A stretch of 64,000 nucleotides of DNA from an uncultured virus (IMG/VR IMGVR_UViG_3300011202_000008) (taxonomy: Duplodnaviria > Heunggongvirae > Uroviricota > Caudoviricetes), in the IMG/VR virus record IMGVR_UViG_3300011202_000008. One strand, 5' to 3'. Below are positions 18,904 through 29,300 of this stretch, in pieces. Under the pieces are notes generated by a model, which ran no database searches, was not told where the DNA came from, and was given only the letters and a program-made list of their open reading frames with translations. Positions within the stretch are counted from its first letter, which is position 1, and the number at the start of each line of letters is the position of its first letter. A program made the position numbers and the translations under genes.

Positions 18904-19746
18904 ATGACTTTAGTTAACCTCTTTGCTGCTATTTATAAAAATGATATCGAGCAAATTAAAAACATCTTAACCAATGAGCCTTCGTTGGTGGAAACCGTTT
19001 TTAAAAACCCTGAAAAAGAGCCTCATGCTTTTACTACTAAACTCTATCATCTTTGTAATGATGATCGTCAGATTGATGACCCCAATTATAAAGCAGAAAC
19101 AGCCCTTCTTTTTGCCGCTCGTTTAGGACGTAAAGAAGTTTGCGAACTACTTGTTAATGATTTTAAAGCGGATGTTAATGCTACAAACACTTATGGTCAT
19201 AATGCTTTCATGTCAGCTATTGATAGAAAAACTGATGCGAACTTTGATACAGCGCTTATGATTTTAAATAATCCTACCCTTAATCTTCATCATACTACCT
19301 ATGGTTTACATGATGCTTTAGGTCAATTGTTAAGACATCTTCAGCATTTTGACCCAAGAGGAGAATTGTCAGCAGTTCATGCACAAGCTGTTATTGATGC
19401 GTTGCTGGATAAAGGTTTTGACTTGAATAAACCTCAAGGAAAATCAGGTGAAACAGCATTTCTTTTAGCTTGCCATGCCCACAGTTGGATTGTCGTTGTT
19501 TATCTCATTGCTAGAGGTGCTGATTATTCTGTTAAAAATAATTATCTTCATTATGAGCGCGATATGTATTCAGCTCTTACTACCAATCAATATCTTCCTC
19601 CAGCAGCAAAAGAAGAGGTGCTTAATCTTTTGAAAAATGTTATTATGGGTGTTGAAAACCGTTTTGGTGAGTATAAACGTCCTGATCATCTTTATATTGA
19701 TTTTGATGGTGAACCTATGGAGTTTGATGCTAAACGTTTTGGTTAA
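18904..19746 (+). CDS. Ankyrin-repeat protein
   Basis: ETALLFAARLG, ADVNATNTYGHNAF and GETAFLLAC...RGADYS repeats. Confidence 0.8.
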   Translation: MTLVNLFAAIYKNDIEQIKNILTNEPSLVETVFKNPEKEPHAFTTKLYHLCNDDRQIDDPNYKAETALLFAARLGRKEVCELLVNDFKADVNATNTYGHNAFMSAIDRKTDANFDTALMILNNPTLNLHHTTYGLHDALGQLLRHLQHFDPRGELSAVHAQAVIDALLDKGFDLNKPQGKSGETAFLLACHAHSWIVVVYLIARGADYSVKNNYLHYERDMYSALTTNQYLPPAAKEEVLNLLKNVIMGVENRFGEYKRPDHLYIDFDGEPMEFDAKRFG

Positions 19747-19774
19747 TATATTTTAATAAAAAGAGGATAAATAA

Positions 19775-20098
19775 ATGACTTTAGATGAAATGATTGATAT
19801 TTATAATGATTATAGTGAAAATTGTAGCCTTGATGATTTTAAGAATATGCTTGAATCTGAAAAGCTTCATAAACGAGCCGACATTCATGCTTTTTTACTT
19901 TTAGATAAAATTTTTGAACGTATGGATTCTCAAGAAAATAAAACGACAGATATTATTCAGTCTGCTGAGCATGATGTGATTTACTTAAGTATTGATATTG
20001 ATAATATCGCAGAAACTATTACCAAAGAAGAAATTATTAGTCTTGCTAAAGCTGGTGTATGCTTCAGCGAATATGATGGGCTATATATGTATGTTTAA
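19775..20098 (+). CDS. Hypothetical protein (phage-type)
   Basis: GAGG RBS; DIIQSAEHDVIYL segment. Confidence 0.65.
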   Translation: MTLDEMIDIYNDYSENCSLDDFKNMLESEKLHKRADIHAFLLLDKIFERMDSQENKTTDIIQSAEHDVIYLSIDIDNIAETITKEEIISLAKAGVCFSEYDGLYMYV

Positions 20099-20153
20099 AT
20101 TTTGCTAAAAATACTATACTTTAGATACTTTATTTTAAAAAATGAGGAATAAC

Positions 20154-20588
20154 ATGAATAAAAATATTACTATTAAAGAACTTCATCAGGCGAGCCAGAA
20201 TCATCCTTATTACTGTAGTGAAAGTAATTATTACTCTAATGACCCGGCAATGGAATTTCCTGATTTCCCTTCTTTTATGGCAGAGTTTAGTGATGCTGAT
20301 GTTGATATGAATCTTTGTTTCAGATGGGATTTATCATCACGAGATCCTAATGATAATAAAAATGATGCAGATATTCATTATTCAGAAGAAGAAATGAAAG
20401 ATATTAGAGAGGAAATTGAAGAACATGGTCATTATTATCTAAATCTTTTTATGATTCAGCAAAGAAAAGGTATTTTCAAACCTATTTATATTGTTAATTT
20501 TGAAGAAAAAGATATTCCTGATTTTATTAGATATCTTGAACCACATATTAGCACACTTAAAAAAATCTGGTCTCCTTTTGAGTTTTAA
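20154..20588 (+). CDS. Hypothetical protein (phage-type)
   Basis: GAGG RBS before ATG 20154; HPYYC and DMNLCFRWD motifs. Confidence 0.65.
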   Translation: MNKNITIKELHQASQNHPYYCSESNYYSNDPAMEFPDFPSFMAEFSDADVDMNLCFRWDLSSRDPNDNKNDADIHYSEEEMKDIREEIEEHGHYYLNLFMIQQRKGIFKPIYIVNFEEKDIPDFIRYLEPHISTLKKIWSPFEF

Positions 20589-20632
20589 ACAATAAATAAA
20601 AGCCATCCGGGAGGATGGCTTTTTTCAAAAAC

Positions 20633-22159
20633 TTAATTGCATGTATATAATCTTCTATCTGGTTCTCGACAATTACTTCCACCATTATTACATTCATTTC
20701 CTCGATATCTTGATACTTCTATTTGTTTTAAGCGATTAGGATCATTTGGGCAAGAACAACCTCCTGTATCTTTATTTGGAACATAGCATTTTCCTTCAAC
20801 AACAATAAACATTCTATTTATACTTCCTCCCCCTTCTTTCCAAACTCCATTAGAGCAAGATAATATAGAACCATCTGCTGTTCGTCCTTGCAAACCATTA
20901 GGAGAACATCCATTACCTGCATAGGCTACGCCATTGAGTTGAAGAAATTCCCCAACGGTTGTTCTACCACCAGATACAACACCTCCTGCCCCGTAAACCT
21001 GACCAGCAGCATCAATATTCCCGTTGGAATGAACATAGTTAGAGTTAAGGTTTCCTGATGCCCAAACATATGTTGCATTAACCGTTCCATTAGCATCTAT
21101 GTTTCCTGTTGATTTAACGTATCCACCATAGAATCCTGAAGTTGTTTGAACATTTTTACCCGCATAAGCGGTTATGGTGTTAGCATCGGTCATATTCCAG
21201 CCACCACCATACTTCTGGAAGTATATACCACCATCACCTAATGTTCTGAACCAGTTTTGAGTATAAGTTTCACCACGAGAAGTTACAGTTGTCCCTGAAA
21301 CAGTATTATTAGAATTAATGTTTCCATTAACCTGACTATTTCCTGCGACATTTAAATCAGACCCCATTGTAGCCACACCTCCTACATTTAGTGTAGAACC
21401 TACTGTAGTTGCGCCAGTAGAACTCAATGTTCCAGAAGTTGTATTCCCTACTGCTGTTATATCCTGAGCATTATAAATACTCTGACCACCCATATTAAGG
21501 TTTCCGGTCATAGGAAGTGTCCCATCACGACGAAGATAAACAGAATACATGGCTGAATTGTATCCCACTCTATATCCTAACATTCCAGCTTTTGCTATAG
21601 CAGGATATCCAGAAGAAGGATAATTCCAGTTATTACCATAACCATCAAGTTGAGTAGGAGATTTACTCATACCACTATCAATACCTGCTTCTTGCATAGC
21701 TTTACCAAGTAAATCATAACGGATACTCCCTCCTTCAACCCAAGAAGCATTAGTTATTATTAAACCATCAATAATATAGTGAGGACCTGTCCCTGAACGT
21801 TTTAGCTGTATAGAATAATCGGAACCAAAACTATTTCTGGCAACATAGGTTGATGGTAACAACCCTTCATTGATTAATGTTTGATAAGTAATGGAGCATA
21901 GATTTCCAGAACATGTTCTTGGTCCCGGATCGGTACCATTTTCAGCAGCAGCAGATAAACTGGCGAGTTTATCATATCTTATATTGATATATCCATTAAC
22001 CGCTTCTCCCAACTGCTTAATTTGCTGACCTGTAGCTGTTGCTTTTATATCTTCCTGATCTTTTACCATATCTTGAAATTTTATAAATGCTAATGATGTC
22101 CCTATACCAAGCACTAAAATAATTTCAAGTAATGAAAATCCTTTTTTATATTTCATCAT
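20633..22159 (-). CDS. pilV: PilV-like type IVb pilus tip adhesin
   Basis: Class III signal KKGFSLLE, shufflon-PilV-like N-domain, YLRRDGTLPMTGNL, WFRT...YGGGW.M.D and CS.G.W before the variable tip. Confidence 0.8.
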   Translation of the reverse strand: MMKYKKGFSLLEIILVLGIGTSLAFIKFQDMVKDQEDIKATATGQQIKQLGEAVNGYINIRYDKLASLSAAAENGTDPGPRTCSGNLCSITYQTLINEGLLPSTYVARNSFGSDYSIQLKRSGTGPHYIIDGLIITNASWVEGGSIRYDLLGKAMQEAGIDSGMSKSPTQLDGYGNNWNYPSSGYPAIAKAGMLGYRVGYNSAMYSVYLRRDGTLPMTGNLNMGGQSIYNAQDITAVGNTTSGTLSSTGATTVGSTLNVGGVATMGSDLNVAGNSQVNGNINSNNTVSGTTVTSRGETYTQNWFRTLGDGGIYFQKYGGGWNMTDANTITAYAGKNVQTTSGFYGGYVKSTGNIDANGTVNATYVWASGNLNSNYVHSNGNIDAAGQVYGAGGVVSGGRTTVGEFLQLNGVAYAGNGCSPNGLQGRTADGSILSCSNGVWKEGGGSINRMFIVVEGKCYVPNKDTGGCSCPNDPNRLKQIEVSRYRGNECNNGGSNCREPDRRLYTCN

Positions 22160-22322
22160 ATTTTATCACCACTTAAATTAGTTTAACTGTCAATTAAATG
22201 GTAGAAATACATAAGTATTTCGTCAAGAAATAAAATAATTATTAATATTTTGAAATATTTAGTAATAAATTTAATAGCTTTTAAAATAGTTTAAAAAAGT
22301 TTCATTTTGCTTAATAAATGTT

Positions 22323-23129
22323 TTAAAATGCTTTAATTAATATACTGTTATTAACATCATTTAATCTTAATAAAAACTTCATCATAAGATTTACATTTAT
22401 TTCAACTTTGTTATTTTTAGCACTTTTAACAATTTTAAACTTACCATTTTTCATTTGATAAATTAAACCACATCCTTCTGGCATCTCTTCTTTTTTTATT
22501 AAATCTTCAGGACATACGTAATATAGTTTATCAGCTATTTCCAAATAAGACTTTCTCTTGTTCTCATTTTTTATATCTGAAAGAAAATCAGAACGACTAT
22601 GCTTTACTTCAAATGCTGTCGGACACATATATTTAGTGTTTAACGTTTTCTTCATGGTTAAAACATCGGGACGACTTATTCCATATTTGGTTTGTATTTC
22701 CATATCGCCTACAACAAGCAGATCTTCATCTTCTTTTGCTGTTATTAAGTCAGCAAGAATACGGTTATGTCCAGACTGATTTTTTCTTGCCCCTAAGTTT
22801 AAAATACGGCATATTTCAACACCATATTCTGTTAAATAAGGACATTTACATATTACTATTTGTTCTCTTTCATTTCTCATTGGACTATAATATTTTTTTT
22901 CTTCATCTCTAACAGACAACATTCCAAAATTAATGAGGTCATTAATATATTTTATATTATATTGATCAACTATTGAATCATGAGAAAAATAATGCCTCAT
23001 TCCAGATCCAGAAATAAGGTTGTTCTCAAAAGCTTTTTTAAGTATTTTTTTATGATCAGCCTTTAGTTTTAATACGTCATCTTTAGCTATTTCTGAATAT
23101 AGTCTAATCTTTTTAACTTCAGTTTTCAT
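22323..23129 (-). CDS. MmcB-like PD-(D/E)xK nuclease
   Basis: RPDV...FEVKHSRSDFLSD...YYVCP...GCGLI. Confidence 0.7.
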   Translation of the reverse strand: MKTEVKKIRLYSEIAKDDVLKLKADHKKILKKAFENNLISGSGMRHYFSHDSIVDQYNIKYINDLINFGMLSVRDEEKKYYSPMRNEREQIVICKCPYLTEYGVEICRILNLGARKNQSGHNRILADLITAKEDEDLLVVGDMEIQTKYGISRPDVLTMKKTLNTKYMCPTAFEVKHSRSDFLSDIKNENKRKSYLEIADKLYYVCPEDLIKKEEMPEGCGLIYQMKNGKFKIVKSAKNNKVEINVNLMMKFLLRLNDVNNSILIKAF

Positions 23130-23244
23130 TTTTTCTCTCCATTTCGATTATTGAATTTTATCACTTTTTTATGATTTAAGTAAACTTTTTCTTTGACTAT
23201 TAAGTAAACTAAAAACTATAATAGAAAATAAAAAAGAGGATAAC

Positions 23245-23853
23245 ATGAAAAATTTAAAAACAATCCAAGAAATCATTGATTATGTAGGACCTGTAAATCC
23301 ATTAAATATACATTATTCATTATTTGAAAATGTTATTGACTATAATGATTTTAGAGAAACTATAAAAACACATAAAAATGACCATCTTTATATCAAATAT
23401 AGAGATCTTATATTAGAAATGAATAAATCTTTTGCTCCTGTTTTGGAAGGCGAGAAAGTGATTCTTTCAGGAAAAGATGTCAGAAGAAAATGTGTTGAAG
23501 CATTTCTATCCACAATCGAAAAATTTTCAGACTATGAGGATGATGAGTTATACGAAATAGATTATAGAGTTTTTGATGGACTTAACAAAGACTCTAATGG
23601 ACTTTCTTTCGATATGAGAAGTGTTGATACTCTTAATTATATTGAATCTGATGAAGATGTAATTAAGAAAATAGAGAAAGCTATAGAAAACTATTATAAG
23701 CCTTACTATTCTGCATTATCTTCTTACAAAATAATACAGAATAACTCTAACTTTATGGATAAAGAAGATCAACAAAAAATATTAGACGCTTATATAGATG
23801 GCATAAAAGATGAAAAAATAAAACAGTATGTCATGAAAAACCAAAATAAATAA
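23245..23853 (+). CDS. Hypothetical protein
   Basis: 202 aa ORF, GAGG RBS. Confidence 0.7.
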   Translation: MKNLKTIQEIIDYVGPVNPLNIHYSLFENVIDYNDFRETIKTHKNDHLYIKYRDLILEMNKSFAPVLEGEKVILSGKDVRRKCVEAFLSTIEKFSDYEDDELYEIDYRVFDGLNKDSNGLSFDMRSVDTLNYIESDEDVIKKIEKAIENYYKPYYSALSSYKIIQNNSNFMDKEDQQKILDAYIDGIKDEKIKQYVMKNQNK

Positions 23854-23956
23854 TATCTACCATTAAAAGATGTCATCCCTGTTTTTTTGATTTTAGATAT
23901 ATTTGATTATTGAAATGGGGTATGGTTTAATTTTCATCATTAAAAGAGGAATGATT

Positions 23957-24598
23957 ATGACAGACTTTACAGATATAAAGCTTAAAATCAATGAGATTAT
24001 AAATAAGAATAAAAAAAAATATTTTAATAGTAAGACTATTGCAGACATAGAAGAGTTTGAATTATCTCGAAAACAAAAGAGAATAGAAGAATTAGATTTT
24101 TTTCCTTCTCTCTTAATGTCTCTACTCTTAGGATTTATCTCAAGTATTTTTATTGTTTCTTTATTTCCTATGCCATCATCTCATATTCCTACACTAGCAG
24201 GAAGTTCTGTTTTATTTTTATTTCCTTTAGGTATGTATTTTACTCGTAAAATAGGTTCTTATCTTGTTAAAAAATCAGTCAAAAAGAAAATTAATAAAAT
24301 TGAAAATGGAACTCTTAGTAAACATAAAATTACAGAAGAACTTTTTAAAGATTTGTTTTGGACTAGTTCAATTGATAAAGAAACAGAAACTGTTTTAAAA
24401 ATGATACTTCCATATAATTTGTATTTAATGCTTCATAGTCAAAGACCTTCTGGACTGACTTATTTGGATGTTTCCAAATTTTTAGAACATATTGAGAAAT
24501 ATGAAAAAGAAGTAAAAGATATTGAGGATAAAAGAATATCAATGGGAATGGATATTATCAAAACATCTGATATTAAAAATAACGTTTTAGTAATTTAG
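23957..24598 (+). CDS. 2-TM membrane protein, paralogue family B
   Basis: Two TM, then ID.E....LK...TYLDV..F; GAGG RBS. Confidence 0.7.
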   Translation: MTDFTDIKLKINEIINKNKKKYFNSKTIADIEEFELSRKQKRIEELDFFPSLLMSLLLGFISSIFIVSLFPMPSSHIPTLAGSSVLFLFPLGMYFTRKIGSYLVKKSVKKKINKIENGTLSKHKITEELFKDLFWTSSIDKETETVLKMILPYNLYLMLHSQRPSGLTYLDVSKFLEHIEKYEKEVKDIEDKRISMGMDIIKTSDIKNNVLVI

Positions 24599-24607
24599 AG
24601 AATAAAG

Positions 24608-25273
24608 ATGAATAAATTTGATAACATAAGAAATAACATCAATTTAGTTATTGAAGAAAGCAAAAAAACATATATAGATGAACAGAAAAATTTAGATGAA
24701 CAAAAAAGATTGGATAAAATTTCTGCGTCACAGCATGAAGTCTTAGTGCTCAGTAAACCTGTTAGATTTTTATCTGCTTTTACTTTATTACCTTTATCTT
24801 TATTTATGAATTATAAGATTTATACTATTTTATCTTCGATTATTCCTAATACTTTGGCAAAATCTGATATTGTAGAAAAACCAGAAGCAGCAATGATATC
24901 AACAATAATTAGTTTTTTTGCTATTCTCATAATATGTTTAGGAATATTAAAGATATTCGGGAAAAAAGAGATACGAACTCATGAAATTAATGAAATTTAT
25001 AGAAATTATAATTCCGATTTCTCTCACTCTAAGATTGATAATAATACGGAATTAGCCCTTAAAATGTTTTTACCCCATGATCTTTATATAATGTTTAGAT
25101 CTTCAGGACGAAGTTATATGACTACATATCATGATGTTGAACGATTTTTGAATAATATTCAAGGGCATCACTCTTATTTAAAACGCATTGAAAACGAAAA
25201 ATATAATATTGATATGAATGAATTAAAAAACTTAGAAAATAATAAAATTATGAACAATCTAATTATTAAATAA
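24608..25273 (+). CDS. 2-TM membrane protein, paralogue family B
   Basis: IDNNTELALKMFLP...TYHDVERF. Confidence 0.7.
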   Translation: MNKFDNIRNNINLVIEESKKTYIDEQKNLDEQKRLDKISASQHEVLVLSKPVRFLSAFTLLPLSLFMNYKIYTILSSIIPNTLAKSDIVEKPEAAMISTIISFFAILIICLGILKIFGKKEIRTHEINEIYRNYNSDFSHSKIDNNTELALKMFLPHDLYIMFRSSGRSYMTTYHDVERFLNNIQGHHSYLKRIENEKYNIDMNELKNLENNKIMNNLIIK

Positions 25274-25290
25274 TAAGGTAAATAGTAAAT

Positions 25291-25845
25291 ATGAAAGATT
25301 TAATAAAAGAAAAATTTGAACTATATATATCAAAAAAAACAAGAAGTCATGCTTTTGATATCGTATCAAAAGAAAACTATGATAATCCTTTGAAGGATAT
25401 TTTTATGTTTATTATGCCTTTTTTAATAATCATTTTTTTATCTTGTTTGATTAATTCATATTTTAGTGAAGACTCTGCTATGGCATTTTTGATCTTTACT
25501 ACTCCTGTATTAATGTTTTATAGTGTGTATTCGAGCAAGCAAAGAGAATATAAATATTTTTGCAATAAAGTTGATAATATGGATGAAGAGGCTTTAAAAG
25601 ATTTGTTTCGTATGTATTGCTATTATGAATTCCTTGATACGTATATTGATGATGAAATTTTAGACCTTTTAAAATTAAAATATTCAACAGAAAAGTTCAA
25701 AGAACTAATACTTTCATCTAAAAATAAAATACCTACTTATTCTGAAGTTATAACGTTTCATGAAAAATATGAATTAATAGAAGATTCAAAATATAGAGTA
25801 GATATTAAGAATATCAAAAAAGAAAAAATATTAAATTTAGCATAA
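25291..25845 (+). CDS. 2-TM membrane protein, paralogue family B
   Basis: LILSSKNKIPTYSEV; ends IKKEKILNLA. Confidence 0.7.
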   Translation: MKDLIKEKFELYISKKTRSHAFDIVSKENYDNPLKDIFMFIMPFLIIIFLSCLINSYFSEDSAMAFLIFTTPVLMFYSVYSSKQREYKYFCNKVDNMDEEALKDLFRMYCYYEFLDTYIDDEILDLLKLKYSTEKFKELILSSKNKIPTYSEVITFHEKYELIEDSKYRVDIKNIKKEKILNLA

Positions 25846-25860
25846 TAAAGAGGTATAAAT

Positions 25861-26430
25861 ATGAAAGAAATGATAGAGACTCAATTTGAATTATATATGT
25901 TAGAAAAAAACAATGAGGAACTTATTCAAATATTATCCAAAGACAAGAGTGAAAAAGATGAAATGTTACAGTGCTCATTTTTCTTCTTATTATTCATACC
26001 TCAATTTTTTGGCGTTCTTTTCTTATCCGATTGGTTTGATAATCATGTTTCAAGTGGAGCAGGAGTATTAAGTGTTATGATTGGAATAACATCAATACTA
26101 TTTTTAAATGTTTTTTGTTTAAATAAAATAAGACGTAAATTATTGTCTAAAAAAATTGGGAATATTGAAGATATAGATGTAAAAAAAATGTTTAACCAAC
26201 ATTACTATTCTTATTTTCTTGAACAAACTGCTAATACCCAAATCCTTGATCTTTCGAAGTTAAAATATTCTAGAGAACAGTTTGAAGCTCTTATTCTTTC
26301 ATCTAAAAATAAACTTCCTACCTATGCAGAAATTTTAGCATTTGATGAAAAATATGAATATTTACAAGAAGAAAAATATAAAGTAAATATTAATAATATT
26401 AAAAAAGAAAAAATATTAAATTTAGCTTGA
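25861..26430 (+). CDS. 2-TM membrane protein, paralogue family B
   Basis: LILSSKNKLPTYAEI; ends IKKEKILNLA. Confidence 0.7.
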   Translation: MKEMIETQFELYMLEKNNEELIQILSKDKSEKDEMLQCSFFFLLFIPQFFGVLFLSDWFDNHVSSGAGVLSVMIGITSILFLNVFCLNKIRRKLLSKKIGNIEDIDVKKMFNQHYYSYFLEQTANTQILDLSKLKYSREQFEALILSSKNKLPTYAEILAFDEKYEYLQEEKYKVNINNIKKEKILNLA

Positions 26431-26458
26431 TAAAAAAGGAGCACCGCTCCTTTTTTTA

Positions 26459-27370
26459 TTATTTAAATATACCATTAATATTTCTTTTATCGAAACACGG
26501 TTTTAGAAGAATAATATTTCCATTACTTTCCATTTTTAGCATCATCTTCATCATAACAGCTAACGTCATTTTTCCTTTACCTTTCTTAGCATTTTTTATA
26601 GTTTTAAATGATTTATCTGCCAGTTGATATATTAACCCGCACTCTTTAGGTAAATCTTCTTTTTTGATTATTCCTTCTGGACAAACATAATAAAGTTTTT
26701 CTGATACTTCTAAATAAGATTTCCATTTATCAGGCTTTTTCATATCTGATAAGAAATCAGCACGGCTATGTTTGATTTCATATGTTGTTGGCTTCATATT
26801 ATCTTCGTTTAGCGTTTTATCCACTGTAAACACGTCTGGACGACTTACGCCATATTGTGTCTTGATTTCCATATCTTCAAAAACAAAACACCCCATAGAT
26901 TCTCTAAACTTGATAAAATCATAAATAATATTATTATGACCGCTCTGATTCTTTTTACTATTGAGGTTCAAATAATTATAAATAGCCAAGCCATAATTTG
27001 TTGGAACAAAAAACTCTTCTTCAATACCCATGATTTCTCTACAGGTATCTTCATCAATCTCTTTGTTAATCTGCCCTCTTCTTATGGCATGACCTTGCAT
27101 TATCTTACCGTATTTTTTAGTTTGATAATCAACCATACCCCAAGACAATAGATCATAAACTAGTTTTTGATTCATATTATTAACTCTAAAGCCATTATGC
27201 ATAATTCCATTAAATTTATGGTCTATAATAGCTCTTAATATGACTTTATGGTTATAAGCCATACTTAACAGATGCTCATCACCTCTATTCTCATAGAGCT
27301 TAATTAAATTTTCCTGAACTGTCATTTTAAAAGTTTTAGGACGCTCTTTTTCTTTTCTAATGAATACCAT
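26459..27370 (-). CDS. MmcB-like PD-(D/E)xK nuclease, paralogue of 22323-23129
   Basis: KNQSGHN, YGVSRPDV, YEIKHSRADFLSD, YYVCPEG. Confidence 0.7.
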   Translation of the reverse strand: MVFIRKEKERPKTFKMTVQENLIKLYENRGDEHLLSMAYNHKVILRAIIDHKFNGIMHNGFRVNNMNQKLVYDLLSWGMVDYQTKKYGKIMQGHAIRRGQINKEIDEDTCREIMGIEEEFFVPTNYGLAIYNYLNLNSKKNQSGHNNIIYDFIKFRESMGCFVFEDMEIKTQYGVSRPDVFTVDKTLNEDNMKPTTYEIKHSRADFLSDMKKPDKWKSYLEVSEKLYYVCPEGIIKKEDLPKECGLIYQLADKSFKTIKNAKKGKGKMTLAVMMKMMLKMESNGNIILLKPCFDKRNINGIFK

Positions 27371-27431
27371 TTTTTTACCTATTCGATTAATATTTTCTTT
27401 ATTCTATCATTTTTTTTAGTGTAAATGTAGA

Positions 27432-28115
27432 TTAAATTTTAACTTTTAGTCTATTTATTTTATTCTCTACAACACTACTCAACGACTTAAACTCTATTCC
27501 TTTTACTTTATCAAGCTTGTAGATAACCTGATCTTCACCTTCAATTACAAAATCTTTAGGCAATGTTATTTCAGCGAGTTTTAAACCTTTATTCTCCATT
27601 TCATGAATAATTTGTTCATTATTTAACCATAGCTTTAACTGCTCTTGATCTTTGCAGGCAAAACGCCATTTTTCTGTATATGTTGTTTTAGTAGACATTG
27701 AGGTAAAGATCATCTTTAAATTTTTATCATCATGAGGAGACATTCCTGCTTCTAAAAACTTATATCCTAATCCCATTGAATATATTCCCTTATTATCCTC
27801 ATTACATAGTCTAACAATAGTAATTAAATCTTTTTCATCTGCAATATTAAGATTATCATAAAGTTCATTCAAATTAACTTCTACTTGATATCTCCACCCA
27901 TCAATCTCTGGATTATCTTCCATAAACATCCAATCTGGAAATACTTTAAATAAACTCTTATTTTCATCTTCTATATTAACAGGAAAAGTTGTTATAAATT
28001 TTTTTAATACTTCTTCATCTGCTGAACTATTATCCATTTGAACATCACAACAATATTTATATTCTTTGTTAATATTTATGGGATCAAATAATTTCAAAAA
28101 ATCTTGCCTTTTCAA
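27432..28115 (-). CDS. Hypothetical protein (phage-type) with basic C-terminal tail
   Basis: 227 aa ORF, start uncertain (TTG); ends RLKVKI. Confidence 0.6.
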   Translation of the reverse strand: MKRQDFLKLFDPININKEYKYCCDVQMDNSSADEEVLKKFITTFPVNIEDENKSLFKVFPDWMFMEDNPEIDGWRYQVEVNLNELYDNLNIADEKDLITIVRLCNEDNKGIYSMGLGYKFLEAGMSPHDDKNLKMIFTSMSTKTTYTEKWRFACKDQEQLKLWLNNEQIIHEMENKGLKLAEITLPKDFVIEGEDQVIYKLDKVKGIEFKSLSSVVENKINRLKVKI

Positions 28116-28206
28116 TCTTCCATTCCTTTTTAAATTATATTTTTTATATTATAACATTTTATAATAATACTAAAAGAGTAAAAGCTCCCGAAGGAGCTTT
28201 TCTTTA

Positions 28207-29130
28207 TTAAATATGACAATCTACAATCGTCATCCAAGTATCATCAGGAATGCTATCAATGTAGTTTTGGAACTGTTCCTTATGTTCCTTCTCATTTAAC
28301 CCTTCTTTAGAATAAAATAAACCATCTAATCCAATAAAAGCATGTGGGGTATAAGAACTAATACCTTTATATTTCACAAACTCTTCCCTTGAAAAAAGAA
28401 ATTCATCTAAACTAAAAATATATTTTTTATTTAAATATTGTTTTAATAAATTATTACTATCTAATGATAAAATCATTTTAATAACTTCTTGTTCATCATG
28501 AATATTTACCAGTTCTTCTTTTGATAAATTTAAACTTTTATTTTCATCTTCAATTGTTTTAAAAGACTTATAAACAGGCATTGATTTAGTTAAATCTTTA
28601 TAAAGGTCGTAAATAGGTAGATAATCTTTTACGAAATCTTCACGCATACCTTTAAAATCAATATCTTTTTTACGGATAGAGTCAGCATATCCCTTGATGA
28701 TTAATTTTTGATTACAGCCTTCAATATCTACCTCGTAATCATCTTCACTTACGCCATCCTTCACTTTAAAAAAGCTTGTCCATCCACCACTTTCAGAATA
28801 CCAATCCCACTCAGATTGATGATTGAAGTAATCATTAATCGCAATAACTTCTGTTCTCTCATCATTAACTAAAACATACGATGTTTCTGGATGTCCATCT
28901 TCTTCAAATTCACTTTCAGTCATCACAACATAATCAGCCCATTCAAGAACTTTCTCTAGTAATTCTTCAAACTCTAAAGATTTAATATCAACTTCATGAT
29001 GATTAGAAATACCTGCTAAAACAGCTTCTGTTACATTCTGATCGGTAAAATAATCATTATCATTTTCAGAATAAGGGGCAAGTTTATCACTTACATCAGA
29101 ACCGAATACAACTAAAGAATAGTGACTCAT
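28207..29130 (-). CDS. Hypothetical protein (phage-type)
   Basis: Start MSHYSLVV after GAGGAG; WDWY..GG and C-terminal VDCHI motifs. Confidence 0.7.
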   Translation of the reverse strand: MSHYSLVVFGSDVSDKLAPYSENDNDYFTDQNVTEAVLAGISNHHEVDIKSLEFEELLEKVLEWADYVVMTESEFEEDGHPETSYVLVNDERTEVIAINDYFNHQSEWDWYSESGGWTSFFKVKDGVSEDDYEVDIEGCNQKLIIKGYADSIRKKDIDFKGMREDFVKDYLPIYDLYKDLTKSMPVYKSFKTIEDENKSLNLSKEELVNIHDEQEVIKMILSLDSNNLLKQYLNKKYIFSLDEFLFSREEFVKYKGISSYTPHAFIGLDGLFYSKEGLNEKEHKEQFQNYIDSIPDDTWMTIVDCHI

Positions 29131-29300
29131 TATAGTTTCTCCTCTATGTTTTAATGTAGCTATTATAACAATTAACGTCTTGATGCACAAGGAAAAAATA
29201 CGTTTTTTAGCGTTTTTTTATCTTATTAAAAATAAATATTGTAAGGCATTTGCTAATAAGGTATGATATGATGGGGACTTAAAAAAAGGATAATAAAAAT

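Noticed and set aside
20840..20870. Shufflon sfx site at the PilV constant/variable junction
   Set aside because: The sequence does not match the sfx core, differs from the equivalent site in the second pilV, and has no inverted cassettes nearby.
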